DNA of 64,000 bases from Clostridiales bacterium (GCA_004556455.1 SFGY01000002.1:85902-149901); one strand, 5' to 3'; shown: positions 28,425 through 39,117, numbered from the stretch's first letter. Notes: a model not told the origin generated them from the sequence alone. Numbers and translations are program-made.

Positions 28425-29213
28425 TTATTTTTTATGAGACTTAATATCCCGACTGAATTTCAGGCGGTTTCCCCAGGAGGGACTCGAACTGGGGCCAAAG
28501 AGAACCTCCAGCAGGTGAAGTGTGCAGCGGCCCTCAGCGGCAAAGGATCCCAGACAACCCTGACAGCAGGCCGTGATGGGAAGCTCCGGGGGAAAATCTT
28601 TGAGGCGTTCGTGTCGTATTCTGGCAGCCATTTGGGGATCCAGCGTCTTTTTCATTCCCTTATTGCCGCAGCATAAGGTCTTGTCTCTTGATCTTGCGAC
28701 TTCGTAGATCTGAGCTCCTGTGAGCCGGATAAGCTCGCGGGTTGCCTCCTGGATATCCTGACGATCTCGTTGGGGACAGGGATCATGAAGTGCCAGGATT
28801 TCTCCCGTGCGATCGACCACATCGGACTTATGCAGGACTTTGACGAGAGCAGGCCAGATGGCTTCAACTTGAAAAGGCCCCAGCCGGGATAATTCCGTTT
28901 CGCAGTTCGGACAGGCCGTATAAATGCGCTCGACTCCTTTGGCCGTAAGCTCCTGGAACAGACGCTTCTGCTGTTTGGCGAATTTTTCGGGGAAGAGATA
29001 GCGGCTGGGCTGGCCACAGCAGGCGGAGCAAAAACCGAGCTGCGGTTCCAGACGCTTAAGAAGCTCGCAGCTGCGGTAGAGCAGCTGCGGTTCCAGACTC
29101 ATCAGGGCGCAGCCCGGCCAGAAGATGGCCGGGGTTTTATCCGTATGCAGGAGCAGACGCGAAAAAGAGAGCGTCTGCTGCAGCTTCATGGCGAGGCGGC
29201 TATCTCTGTTCAT
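28425..29213 (-). CDS. Cysteine-rich (CCG-type) Fe-S oxidoreductase-like protein
   Basis: Likely start MNRDSRLAMKL at 29213; the track ORF starts at 29342 inside the upstream gene. Cys motifs WPGCALM, CSACCGQP, CPNCETEL, HDPCPQRD, LCCGNKG, CCQGC. Confidence 0.6.
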   Translation of the reverse strand: MNRDSRLAMKLQQTLSFSRLLLHTDKTPAIFWPGCALMSLEPQLLYRSCELLKRLEPQLGFCSACCGQPSRYLFPEKFAKQQKRLFQELTAKGVERIYTACPNCETELSRLGPFQVEAIWPALVKVLHKSDVVDRTGEILALHDPCPQRDRQDIQEATRELIRLTGAQIYEVARSRDKTLCCGNKGMKKTLDPQMAARIRHERLKDFPPELPITACCQGCLGSFAAEGRCTLHLLEVLFGPSSSPSWGNRLKFSRDIKSHKK

Positions 29214-30111
29214 CGCTCTTATCTCGCAGAGCAGTCTCAGCGTCTGCAGGGGCTTCACTGTGCGCAGGCTTGGCTGCAGCATCACGCATAGCCAGATCTG
29301 TCTCAGTATGAGAGGGAATCTCACCGTGCGCACTTGTCTCATTGACCGTGTTTACTTCACCGACTTCTGCTGGCGTGGCCTTTGCCTGATCACTGCTGTT
29401 ACCGGCTTGCCAGAGGCCACGCAAAATGGTCACAAAAATGGCCAGTGCAAAGAGAGTTAAAAGGCCAATAAAGAGCTTCTGAGCGCCTCCGCTTAACTGA
29501 CCTCCAACATAGGAATAGACGATAGTTGCGGGCGTTTGACCCAGTCCCGTAGCTAAAAAGAACGGCCAGAATTTCATAGGGGTGAGACCGGCGAAGTAGG
29601 AGACAGCATCAAAAGAAACAAAGGGCAGCAGGCGGCAGATCAGAATCGTTTTCGAACCATATTTTTCAAAATACTGTTCGACACCCCGGAGGACGGTCTG
29701 ACCCGCAAGTTTTTCCGCAGCATTGCGGCCAAGCCAGCGGGCAATCCAAAAGCAGAGGGCCGCTCCCAGCATAGCCGAAGACCAGGACAGCAGCGCGCCT
29801 TTCCACCAGCCGAAAATCACCGAGTTGGAGAGTGTGATCAGAAAGGCGGGGATAGGAGCCAGAACAGAGCTGAGCACCATAAGGGCCGCCGAGACCAGGG
29901 CGGCATAGCCCTGGTAGGATCTCAAATATTCGATGACAGCATCGACGCGGCCAGAGCTAAGCGGGGTGAGCATACGCTTCACCGCCTGGTTCACCGAAGG
30001 AACAAAGAGATAGATGAGCAATACGACCACGATCATGCCCAGCATGATGTAAGGACGACTTCGCTTAAGTCCTTTTGCTTCAGGAGCGGGGTTTTTTTCT
30101 GAATAAGTCAT
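29200..30111 (-). CDS. TVP38/TMEM64 (DedA-related) membrane protein with a disordered C-terminal tail
   Basis: 303 aa. Polytopic core (ICRLLPFVSFDAVSYFAGLT...) followed by a ~75-aa polar tail. Confidence 0.65.
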   Translation of the reverse strand: MTYSEKNPAPEAKGLKRSRPYIMLGMIVVVLLIYLFVPSVNQAVKRMLTPLSSGRVDAVIEYLRSYQGYAALVSAALMVLSSVLAPIPAFLITLSNSVIFGWWKGALLSWSSAMLGAALCFWIARWLGRNAAEKLAGQTVLRGVEQYFEKYGSKTILICRLLPFVSFDAVSYFAGLTPMKFWPFFLATGLGQTPATIVYSYVGGQLSGGAQKLFIGLLTLFALAIFVTILRGLWQAGNSSDQAKATPAEVGEVNTVNETSAHGEIPSHTETDLAMRDAAAKPAHSEAPADAETALRDKSDEQR

Positions 30112-30192
30112 CGTTTTTCTTTCCTTTTCTTATTTATATTTCTTCTTCTTTATTTCTGTTTTATTATTTCAAGTTTTTTTAAATATCAGTTC

Positions 30193-30858
30193 TTATTTTT
30201 CCAACTTAAAAATTCTGGACAGCAGCTTGCTCGCCAGAATAAGCACGGCAAAGAGAGACATGGCGATCCAGAATTCAGCCGACGAAGGATCCCAGGCTTT
30301 GTCACCTAAATTAAGATAGACCAGAACACCCGGGGCAACACCGATGATGGAGGCCAGCATATAAGTTTCGAAATTGACCGGACTGAGGCCGTAGGCATAG
30401 TTCAGAAACTGGTAGGGAATCAATGGGGTCACACGCAAGACCAGAAGGGTATAGAAAGCCTTTCTGCCCGCGCTGTTCGCCTGAATTTTGGCTTGCCAGC
30501 CGGGTGAAAGTCTGTGGCTGATGAACTTATTCACCTGTTCCCGAAAGAGATAACGAGCGAGCAAATACATCCAGGCCATATTGATCGTGGCCCCGATCAT
30601 GGTATAAATGCTCCCCAAGACAAAGCCGAAAATGGCTCCAGCGGGGACGACCAGGAAGACAGTGGGGAAGAGAAAACCGGGTAAGATGGCAAATAAAAGA
30701 ATGTAAAGAGGACCGGCCCAGGGACCCAGAACGGCAAGTTTTTCCTGCAGACGGTCCCGGGACAAATGAGGAAAGAGAAAAACAGCCAGCAGAATACCGG
30801 CCAGGATCATGGCCAGGAAGAGCGCAGCTTTTCGTTTGTCCTGCCAGAGTGTACTCAT
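30193..30858 (-). CDS. TVP38/TMEM64 (DedA-related) membrane protein, paralog
   Basis: From the ATG (MSTLWQDKRK); the track uses an upstream TTG at 30876. Core VLRVTPLIPYQFLNYAYGLSPV. Confidence 0.65.
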   Translation of the reverse strand: MSTLWQDKRKAALFLAMILAGILLAVFLFPHLSRDRLQEKLAVLGPWAGPLYILLFAILPGFLFPTVFLVVPAGAIFGFVLGSIYTMIGATINMAWMYLLARYLFREQVNKFISHRLSPGWQAKIQANSAGRKAFYTLLVLRVTPLIPYQFLNYAYGLSPVNFETYMLASIIGVAPGVLVYLNLGDKAWDPSSAEFWIAMSLFAVLILASKLLSRIFKLEK

Positions 30859-31224
30859 CGGCAATGTTGACCTCAAATCTTTTCATCACTCTCAATAGAA
30901 TATCTACAAATGCCCGACTATGCTAGGACCGAAGAGCTTGCAAGTCAAGTTGTACTGATCGGTTTAAACGATTGAAGAAATGGAAAATAGAGCCTGAATG
31001 CGAAAAGAGGACTTTTTCCTTGACAGTCCATTCGAGGATCGTTATGATCACGCATTGAAGTCGTCAAAAAAAGTCAAATTCAACTCACGAACGTGAGAGG
31101 CGAATGATCTCTCGCTTGCCGTGGAGTTTTTTTACAGCACTTGTCATAGCGGCTGTATCCCGGAACTTTTGTGACTTCTTCTTGCAGCAAAAACACTGCT
31201 ACGATGAAAATGGAGGAATATTTC

Positions 31225-31710
31225 ATGAAAAAACAAAGCAAAATTCTGGCGATCTTAATGATTCTGGTCCTTACCCTGGGTCTGCTCAGTGCCTGCGCCA
31301 AAGATGAAAAGAAGACCGGTACAGACAGCGCTAACGTCGCTGTGGAAGACGCCAAAATGGAATACATCGGTGTTGACGATGTCAAGGAAAACCTCGATGC
31401 CGACAAATACCTGATCGTCGACCTGCGCAAGGCGGATGACTACAAAGCCGGACACATTCCCGGAGCCATTCCTGCCGATCTGGATGTGATTGTCAGCGGC
31501 AAAGATTTTGAAAAAGGCAAAGAAGTCATTAAAACAGCCGTCGAAGGCAAAGACAAACCCATCGTCCTCGTCTGCTACTCCGGCAAGAAATATGCTCAGG
31601 CAGGCACGAATGTGCTGAAAGCTCTGGATCATGACATGAGCAAGGTTTTCACCCTCGAAGGCGGGATGAAAGCCTGGACCGAAAAATACGCCGACGCAAT
31701 CGAAAAATAG
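31225..31710 (+). CDS. Rhodanese-domain lipoprotein
   Basis: MKKQSKILAILMILVLTLGLLSAC lipobox. RBS ggagga. Rhodanese core LIVDLRKADDYKAGHIPGAI...VLVCYSGKKYAQ (active-site Cys loop). Confidence 0.75.
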   Translation: MKKQSKILAILMILVLTLGLLSACAKDEKKTGTDSANVAVEDAKMEYIGVDDVKENLDADKYLIVDLRKADDYKAGHIPGAIPADLDVIVSGKDFEKGKEVIKTAVEGKDKPIVLVCYSGKKYAQAGTNVLKALDHDMSKVFTLEGGMKAWTEKYADAIEK

Positions 31711-32002
31711 TCTATTGCGAAGCAATATTCATCAGATCTGAACATAAACCGACGGAATCAGCTCCGTCGGTTTTTTTGCGCCTTTAAGCCTGAGCTCAGG
31801 ACTGTTAATATAGAAACGTCTTGTCATACGCTTAAAAGGCTCTAGTCAGGCGAGAACCGGACTTTTGGACGAGGATAAGCTTTTGCCATAGAACCAGCCT
31901 TCAGATGCAAACATATCCCCATCAGGGGAGCGTAGGCCAGTGACATGAGAATATAGTGATCCTGCTTGCAAATTGAAGCTAAGAGAGAAAAAGGGGGCTT
32001 TT

Positions 32003-33328
32003 ATGATTTCGAAACTCAGGTTGTGGCTGATCAATCACAAAAACGTTGTAAAAATGTCGCGCTTTTCCTTGCTGACTCTCCTTTTGCTCTTGATTTCCTG
32101 GTTCTTCGATCATCGATTTGTCGAACTGAAAAGCATTATTCCTGATTCCTTATTGCTGCCACTTGATGTGTCCCTCACTTTTCTCTCCAATATTTCCGGG
32201 GTATTTCTGACCATCAGCATTTTCGCACTGACGACCATTATTACGGTCCTCAATAAATACAGCAGCAGTGTGACGCCCCGTATGGCTCAGGATTTTATTG
32301 ACAGGGCGGATGTTCTGACCCTCCACGGCATTTTTGTTGGAGGTTTTTTTTACTGCGTCATCAGCCTCTTTATGCTGCAAAATGTGGAAGGCAGCCAAAG
32401 AGTTATCTCAGGAACTCTGGGGATTATTTACTCCATCATTTCCATGATCGGCTTTGTCGTCTTCTCACAGCGCGTTCTGCATAATCTTAAAATGTCCAAT
32501 ATTATTGAAAATGTTTCCGGTGACTGCGATAAGCTGATCGACGAAGAGCTGGAACTGAGAAATCAGGCCAGGAGATTCGACATAAATTGCGTCAGCAGCA
32601 GCCAGGATATTTTAGCGGAAAAAACGGGCTACCTTTTTGATATCGCTTTCGATGACCTTCTCAAAATCATCCAGCAAATTGAAGGCTGTAAAGCGGAGCT
32701 GCTCATCAGCAGGCATATTGGCGAATACACGCCGGAAGGCAGTGTTCTGGCTTCTTTGAATTTTTTTGAATGCCCGGCCTTAAATGAAGAGATGAGCAGC
32801 GAGTTGCAGAAAAAGCTTTCGGCTTGCTTTGTCATCAATATATTCAAAAATGAAAAAGAAGATTATCACCACGAAATGGTCAAATTGAGCGAAATTGCCC
32901 TAATGGCCTTAAGTCCGGGGATCAACGATCCCAATACGGCGATCATCTGCATCAATAAACTTTCCACGCTGCTGGGCAAATTATTTTCTTCCGGTACCCA
33001 ATATATCGTTGTGCGGGAGAAGGGGGAGAGCAAAATTGTTTATCAGAACTATTCTGTAGATGAGGAGTTATATCTCCTGTTCAGCCAGATTATGGCCTGC
33101 ACCAATGGCGATCCTCTTGTTTCCGAAGCCATTCTTGAAGGGCTTTACATGATTTATATGCTGTCAGGTGAAGAAGCCAGGCAGCCTGCCGGCCAATTTT
33201 TTGAGGTGGCTTTTTCTATCCTCATGGAAGACTTTAAGAACGATTTTCACCGGAAGAGGCTCAAGTCCATTCGCGAAAATATGGAGCTGCAGTTGGGCCA
33301 GGTGAAGGAGCAAAGCAGCGAAGGGTAG
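32003..33328 (+). CDS. DUF2254-like membrane protein
   Basis: N-terminal TM helices. The motif LSPGINDPNTAI is, as I recall it, the DUF2254 signature. Confidence 0.55.
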   Translation: MISKLRLWLINHKNVVKMSRFSLLTLLLLLISWFFDHRFVELKSIIPDSLLLPLDVSLTFLSNISGVFLTISIFALTTIITVLNKYSSSVTPRMAQDFIDRADVLTLHGIFVGGFFYCVISLFMLQNVEGSQRVISGTLGIIYSIISMIGFVVFSQRVLHNLKMSNIIENVSGDCDKLIDEELELRNQARRFDINCVSSSQDILAEKTGYLFDIAFDDLLKIIQQIEGCKAELLISRHIGEYTPEGSVLASLNFFECPALNEEMSSELQKKLSACFVINIFKNEKEDYHHEMVKLSEIALMALSPGINDPNTAIICINKLSTLLGKLFSSGTQYIVVREKGESKIVYQNYSVDEELYLLFSQIMACTNGDPLVSEAILEGLYMIYMLSGEEARQPAGQFFEVAFSILMEDFKNDFHRKRLKSIRENMELQLGQVKEQSSEG

Positions 33329-33427
33329 TTTCTGGCCTTTGTGGCAGAGTGCGCCTGAATGGGATAGAATGATTTTGCTGCTTTGCCCGCAAAAGTTGCG
33401 AGCAAAAAAAGGAAAAGAGGGTGAAGT

Positions 33428-33991
33428 ATGAATTCTATGATGAAAAAATCATTTTCGGTAAAGGGCGTTGTGGCTCTTGGTATTGGCACGGCGCTGTTTT
33501 TTGTGCTGATGCGTTATGCTTCTGTGCCAAGTCCTCTGCCCAATACGACTTTTGGTATTCAGTACAGTGTACAGGCGCTGGTATCCGTGCTCTATGGGCC
33601 GGTCATCGGCTTTCTTGTAGGACTGATCGGTCACATGTTTAATGATATGGCAGCCGGTTGGGGTGTCTGGTGGAGCTGGGTGATTGCCTCTGGTTTCTTT
33701 GGCTTTGTCATGGGTTTTGCATCTAAGAACATGAAACTGGATGACGGCGTCTTCTCCCAAAAAGATATGGTGGTCTTCAATGTGGCGCAGCTGATTGCTC
33801 ATGTGATTGCCTGGGGAGGGATGGCTCCGCTTCTGGACATTCTGATTTACAGTGAACCTGCTAATAAAGTTTTTGCGCAGGGCTTGCTCGCCGGAGTCAG
33901 TAATATCATTGCGACCGGTGTCGTCGGCACACTGCTCTGTCTGGCCTATGCCAATGCCAAACCGAAGCAGGGTTCGCTCGAAAAAGAATAA
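33428..33991 (+). CDS. ECF transporter S (substrate-capture) component
   Basis: 187 aa with ~6 TM, immediately upstream of a fused EcfA-EcfA gene and an EcfT gene (ykoEDC-like order). Confidence 0.65.
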   Translation: MNSMMKKSFSVKGVVALGIGTALFFVLMRYASVPSPLPNTTFGIQYSVQALVSVLYGPVIGFLVGLIGHMFNDMAAGWGVWWSWVIASGFFGFVMGFASKNMKLDDGVFSQKDMVVFNVAQLIAHVIAWGGMAPLLDILIYSEPANKVFAQGLLAGVSNIIATGVVGTLLCLAYANAKPKQGSLEKE

Positions 33992-34027
33992 TTCCGCTGA
34001 AATAGCCTGAGGTCGGGAGGATTCATT

Positions 34028-35773
34028 TTGCCCCAGCCATTGATCGAATTTCAGGATTTCAGCTTTCAGTATTTTGCTCAGGCTGAACCGACGCTTCGGA
34101 ACATCAGTCTCAAAATCTATCCCGGGGAAAAATTGCTCATTGTTGGCCCCTCAGGCTGCGGCAAGTCTACACTGGCCCACTGTATCAACGGCCTGATTCC
34201 CTTTTCGATACGGGGAAAAAGCAGTGGCAGCCTCAAATTAAAAGGACAGGAGCTCGCTTCGCTGAATCTCTTTGAAATCTCCAAAACGGTAGGGACGGTT
34301 CTTCAGGATTCAGACAGTCAGTTTATCGGTATGACGGTTGCCGAAGATCTGGCTTTTGCCGCCGAAAATGACGTCCTGCCGCGTGAAGAACTGCATCGAC
34401 TGGTCCGCGAGGCGGCAGAGGCCGTCGCAATCAGCGGGCACCTGAAGCATGCTCCCACTGAGCTTTCGGGCGGCCAGAAGCAGAGGGTGGCCATTGGCGG
34501 CATTCTGAGTGATCGCGTCGAAATGCTGCTCTTTGATGAGCCTTTGGCAAATCTGGATCCGGCCAGCGGAAAGACCGCGATCGAGCTGATTGACGCGCTG
34601 CAGCAAAAGACAGGTGCGGCCGTTCTCATTATTGAGCATCGGCTGGAAGATGTCCTGCACCGCGATGTCGATCGTATTGTCCTGATGGATGAAGGCCGGA
34701 TTATTTTTGACGGACTGCCGGACGACTTGCTTTCAACTGGCTTGCTGAGACAGCACGGTATTCGTGAGCCCCTTTATCTGACGGCTCTCCGTTACGCCGG
34801 TCTTGATATTTATCCTGAAATGCAGCCTCACAGTATTCGCAGCCTTCGGCTGAAAGCAGAGGAAAAACAAAAACTGCAGGCCTGGTTTGAACAGACGCCG
34901 CCCAGAGAAGTGGTTTCCGGTCGTCCGTTGCTTTTCGAGGCTGAGGATATTCACTTTCGTTATGACAATGGTTTTGCTGCGCTGCGCGGCGTTTCCCTTA
35001 AGCTGCATCAAGGTGAACTGATGGCCATTGTGGGCAAAAACGGGGCTGGAAAATCGACTTTTTCCAAAGTCATCTGCGGGTTTGAAAAGCAGCAGCAGGG
35101 AAAGTTGCTGTTCGACGATGAAGACCTGATGCAGCTCAGCGTCAAAGAGCGGGCCGATCACATCGCTTACGTCATGCAAAATCCTAACCTGATGCTCTCA
35201 CAGACCCTGATCGCTGACGAAGTCGCCCTGGGTCTCAGAGCTAGGGCTGTCCCGGAGGATGAGATTCGCCGTCGCTCTGAAGAAGCGCTGCGGGTCTGCG
35301 GCCTTTGGCCTTTCCGCAATTGGCCTGTCTCGGCGCTCAGCTATGGACAGAAGAAAAGGCTGACCGTTGCGGCCATTCTCAGCCTTAATCCCCAGATGAT
35401 TATTCTGGATGAGCCGACAGCCGGTCAGGATTATCGCCATTACACGGAAATCATGGAGTTCCTGCTTTCGCTGAGTCAGCGAGGGCTCACAATTGTCCTG
35501 ATTACCCACGATATGCACCTTATGCAGGAATATGCAGAACGTGCTGTCGTCTTTACAGATGGGCGTATTTTAGCGGACGATTTACCCTCTGCTGTCCTGA
35601 CCAGGCCTGAACTCATTGCCGAGGCCTGCCTCAAAGAAACTTCGCTTTTTGCTCTTGCCAAACTCTGTGATATTGCCGCGCCGGAACAATTTGTCCAGCG
35701 ATTTATGGATTTTGAGCGACGCCTGCGTGAGCAGCAGTCCGGGAAAGGTGTGAACAGTGGTCAACCTCTTTAA
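34028..35773 (+). CDS. ECF transporter fused double ATPase (EcfA1-EcfA2 type)
   Basis: 581 aa. TTG start after RBS gggagg. Walker A GPSGCGKST and GKNGAGKST. Signatures LSGGQKQRVAI and LSYGQKKRLTV. Confidence 0.85.
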   Translation: MPQPLIEFQDFSFQYFAQAEPTLRNISLKIYPGEKLLIVGPSGCGKSTLAHCINGLIPFSIRGKSSGSLKLKGQELASLNLFEISKTVGTVLQDSDSQFIGMTVAEDLAFAAENDVLPREELHRLVREAAEAVAISGHLKHAPTELSGGQKQRVAIGGILSDRVEMLLFDEPLANLDPASGKTAIELIDALQQKTGAAVLIIEHRLEDVLHRDVDRIVLMDEGRIIFDGLPDDLLSTGLLRQHGIREPLYLTALRYAGLDIYPEMQPHSIRSLRLKAEEKQKLQAWFEQTPPREVVSGRPLLFEAEDIHFRYDNGFAALRGVSLKLHQGELMAIVGKNGAGKSTFSKVICGFEKQQQGKLLFDDEDLMQLSVKERADHIAYVMQNPNLMLSQTLIADEVALGLRARAVPEDEIRRRSEEALRVCGLWPFRNWPVSALSYGQKKRLTVAAILSLNPQMIILDEPTAGQDYRHYTEIMEFLLSLSQRGLTIVLITHDMHLMQEYAERAVVFTDGRILADDLPSAVLTRPELIAEACLKETSLFALAKLCDIAAPEQFVQRFMDFERRLREQQSGKGVNSGQPL

Positions 35774-36587
35774 TTACATCGAAAAAGAGTCTCCTGTCCA
35801 TCGTCTGAGCGGGGCTTCCAAATTCGCTCTCCTGATCCTCTGGATGCTGGCGGCCATGCTCAGTTTCAATACGCCCTTTCTCCTCATTCTGAGTCTGCTT
35901 TCTCTCTTTTTTTTCCGCCTTTCTCATATTCGTCTGGGGGAAGTGCGCTTCATGCTGATCTTCACCCTGGTCTTTCTCGTCATGAATAATCTGCTGATCT
36001 ATCTCTTTTCGCCTGAACTGGGGGTCGATATCTATCATTCGAGACATCTGCTCTTCACGATTTACGGGCGCTATACCGTCACTCAGGAACAGCTGCTCTA
36101 TCATCTCAATGTCATCTTGAAATACACGGCCACCATTCCTATCGTGATCCTCTTTGTGGCGACAACACACCCGAGTGAATTTGCCGCTTCACTGAACCGT
36201 TTAGGCTTAAATTACCGCATAGCCTATGGCGTCGCCCTGGCGCTGCGTTATATTCCTGGCCTCGTCTCTGATTTTCAGGCGATTTCCCTCTCTCAACAGG
36301 CCAGGGGCATTGAAATGTCCAAAAAAGAAAGCCTGTTCAAGCGTCTGAAAGCCGCTTCAAACATCATTATTCCTCTGATCCTCAGCAGCTTCGATCGCAT
36401 CGAAGTGATTTCCAACGCAATGGAACTGCGCGGCTTTGGAAAGCACAAGAAACGCAGCTGGTACATGTCGAGGGATTTAGTCTGGGAGGATTTCGCGGCC
36501 ATAGCCCTGGGCTTTATTTTGCTCTTTTATACCATTTTCTGGACCGTTTGGAATGGCGGGCGCTACTGGAACCCTTTTGTTGCGTAA
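35757..36587 (+). CDS. ECF transporter T (transmembrane energy-coupling) component
   Basis: 276 aa. CbiQ/EcfT-like, with ALALRYIP...ARGIE... motifs. Confidence 0.75.
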   Translation: MVNLFNYIEKESPVHRLSGASKFALLILWMLAAMLSFNTPFLLILSLLSLFFFRLSHIRLGEVRFMLIFTLVFLVMNNLLIYLFSPELGVDIYHSRHLLFTIYGRYTVTQEQLLYHLNVILKYTATIPIVILFVATTHPSEFAASLNRLGLNYRIAYGVALALRYIPGLVSDFQAISLSQQARGIEMSKKESLFKRLKAASNIIIPLILSSFDRIEVISNAMELRGFGKHKKRSWYMSRDLVWEDFAAIALGFILLFYTIFWTVWNGGRYWNPFVA

Positions 36588-36869
36588 AACTCTTTATTCC
36601 GTAGAACCCTTCGTTTTGTAAAATCTTGTCGATTCATAAATTCTCTTTGCTTCTTTCAAGCTTTTTGTTTCGTGAAATCCCGTTATATCGTAAAAGGAAA
36701 ACTCCCGGAGCCGTGTCCGGGAGTTTTCATCTTAAAGGAGGAGATGGAAGACTAAGTTTTCGCCCGTCGTTCTTATCTAAGTTTCAGTCTGCCGGATGAG
36801 CTAACTGGATAAAACGCCCGGACATGTCAGCCGGATAAACCCGGCAAGATTTGCTCCCGCAGTGTTGCC

Positions 36870-37307
36870 CTAGGCCGAGAGCACAAAGGAAAACGGATTG
36901 CTCATCGGGTCAAGAAAACGAATGTAGCGGTATTCCTCATGCTGGGCATCAAAGCCATCCTGCTGCTGATTCAGACGGGCGCCAAGAGCCAGAGCGTGAT
37001 CGAGGGCCTCATTCATCTGACTTTTATTATCGAAAGCAAAATCAAGCTGAACCCTGCTGCCAGATTTTGCGCCATGACTGCCGCTGCAACGTGAAGTCTG
37101 CTTAGTGACAGCATCCTCATTCTTATCTTTAATGAATAAAGCCGGCCCGCCCTGAGGAGGCTCCAGCAAAACGCCCCTGGCATCATCCAGCGGGACTTTT
37201 TTCCAACCCAGGAGCTTCGCATAAAATTGAGCAAGCTCATCAACATGAGCCGTCACCAGGGCTACTGAGGCCAGATTCATGTGAAAATATGTATCCTTTG
37301 GAGGCAT
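36870..37307 (-). CDS. VOC/glyoxalase-family protein
   Basis: 145 aa. RBS aaggagaa. It has the general beta-alpha-beta-beta-beta family look (VALVTAHVDELAQFYAKLLGW...). This is a weak family call. Confidence 0.5.
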   Translation of the reverse strand: MPPKDTYFHMNLASVALVTAHVDELAQFYAKLLGWKKVPLDDARGVLLEPPQGGPALFIKDKNEDAVTKQTSRCSGSHGAKSGSRVQLDFAFDNKSQMNEALDHALALGARLNQQQDGFDAQHEEYRYIRFLDPMSNPFSFVLSA

Positions 37308-37718
37308 TTAACATTCTCCTTTATTTCACTCTGAAGGCATTTTAACTTAAGTCAGGAGCATAATCAATAAAAATACATAATTTCGCAAAATAAATAGTTT
37401 TAACGTCTGCCTGTGTCATTTTTTGTGGAAATTAACCTAAAACTGCACGGATCACGCTGAGAGTACTCCTGGTGTCAAGTGAAACCTCTCCCTATAGACC
37501 TTTACGAGAGTAGAAAAGGATCATAAATGATGGCGAAATGGATCAAAAAAGATGAAGATTTCATTGGTTTTACCAGGAATCTAGCGAAAAACAAAATAAT
37601 AATTTCAGACCTGCTCGTTGAAAACACCAAAATTTAAACAAGTTTCTGACTCTCAAGTCTAAAACTTTTCAATTGTTTGTTTTTTTGATATCCTGTTAAA
37701 AAGGGTGGGAGGTGCACT

Positions 37719-38948
37719 ATGGCAAAACTCATTGCTCGGCCTGAATATTTGCGCCAACTGATTCAACACAAAGACGTCGATTTGGTGAAAATCGTAAGCG
37801 GTATTCGGCGTTGTGGGAAGTCATCACTATTAGAATTATTCCGGCAAGATTTAATAGAGACAGGCGTTCCTGAGGATCATATCCTTCATATGAATTTGGA
37901 ATCCCTGCGATATCGTACACTTTCGGATTATCTATCCTTCTATGACTATGTCAGTGAACGTATTCCAAAGGAGGGGAAGACCTATCTCATCTTCGACGAA
38001 GTTCAGAACGTGAAACATTGGGAGAAGGCTATTGAGTCATTTCGGCTGGATTTCGATGTCGATATTTATATTACCGGCTCGAATGCATATCTGCTTTCAA
38101 CGGAGTTTTCCACACTGCTTTCCGGTCGGTATGTAGAAATCCGTATGCTGCCACTCTCTTTCAAGGAGTTTTTAACGTTCTATGAATTTGCTCCTTCCGT
38201 TTCTCTCGAAGAGAAATTTCAAAAATTTTTGAAATTTGGTGGCATGCCAGTTTTGCGAGAATATAACTTTAACGAAGTGAGAATCAATCAAGCATTAGAG
38301 GGTATATATTCAACAGTTGTGCTGCGGGATATTTTGCAGCGAAACAGCTTTGCTGATCCCTCCACGCTACAGAAGATCATACTCTTTCTCTGCTCGAACA
38401 TCGGAAGTTTCAATTCTCCAAACAGCATTGGCGCTGTCCTTTCACAAGAAGGTGACATCGACCGCCGAAAGAGCAAAAGCATCGCTGGAAAAACGGTGGA
38501 GAAATATATGGCCATGCTCAGCAGCGCGTATATCTTTTATCCCGTTGGGAGATATGACATCAAAGGCAAGCAGCTTTTAAAGACTTTGGGAAAAAATTAT
38601 ATTGTGGATTTGGGAATTCGTAATTTGCTCCTTGGCTATCGAGATGCAGATCGTGGACATATTTTAGAAATTATTGTATTTCTGGAGTTGCTCAGACGCG
38701 ATTATCACGTCTCCATCGGCAAAGTTGGAGATACCGAAATTGACTTTGTTTGCGAAAAACCAGATCACAAAATGTACATTCAAGTCACAGAAAGTATGCA
38801 GCTTCCAGAAACACGGCGACGAGAATTAGCACCGCTTCAAAAGGTCGCAGACAACTATGAAAAAATGATCTTATCTATGGATCCCAGTTTTATTCAATCG
38901 TATGATGGCATAAAATCAATCTATTTATTGGATTTTCTGCTGTCCTGA
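37719..38948 (+). CDS. AAA-type ATPase (AAA_14 + DUF4143-like architecture)
   Basis: 409 aa. Walker A GIRRCGKSSLL. Walker B YLIFDEVQNV. C-terminal EIDFV region, which is restriction-endonuclease-like in this family. Sits in an AT-rich patch. Confidence 0.7.
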   Translation: MAKLIARPEYLRQLIQHKDVDLVKIVSGIRRCGKSSLLELFRQDLIETGVPEDHILHMNLESLRYRTLSDYLSFYDYVSERIPKEGKTYLIFDEVQNVKHWEKAIESFRLDFDVDIYITGSNAYLLSTEFSTLLSGRYVEIRMLPLSFKEFLTFYEFAPSVSLEEKFQKFLKFGGMPVLREYNFNEVRINQALEGIYSTVVLRDILQRNSFADPSTLQKIILFLCSNIGSFNSPNSIGAVLSQEGDIDRRKSKSIAGKTVEKYMAMLSSAYIFYPVGRYDIKGKQLLKTLGKNYIVDLGIRNLLLGYRDADRGHILEIIVFLELLRRDYHVSIGKVGDTEIDFVCEKPDHKMYIQVTESMQLPETRRRELAPLQKVADNYEKMILSMDPSFIQSYDGIKSIYLLDFLLS

Positions 38949-39117
38949 CGACAAAATCAGCTATAGGTCACATGGCAGGCCTGTAAATGGACTGGCAATA
39001 GTTTATCTGAACATTGCTAATGCTACTCTAAGTTACTGTTAGCATTAAAAAACCACAAAACACCTGAATCAGTGAATATAGCGTTTCTTTGACGTCTTTG
39101 TCATCCATTCTGACGGC

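Noticed and set aside
31255-31725. 156-aa minus-strand ORF opposite the rhodanese lipoprotein gene.
   Set aside because: The plus-strand gene has an RBS, a lipobox and the rhodanese active-site loop. The antisense frame has none of these.
33329-33427. Possible riboswitch (e.g. TPP/THI-box) upstream of the ykoEDC-like ECF transporter.
   Set aside because: The ~100-nt spacer lacks the conserved THI-box elements I know (CUGAGA, ACCUGAUCUGGAUAAUGCCAGCG) and is too short for most riboswitch aptamers plus an expression platform.
36595-36700. Series of (T/C)GTA(A/G)AA-like motifs (ccgtagaa, ttgtaaaa, tcataaat, tcgtgaaa, tcgtaaaa) downstream of ecfT.
   Set aside because: The motifs are short, degenerate and irregularly spaced in AT-rich intergenic DNA. 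I cannot distinguish them from chance.
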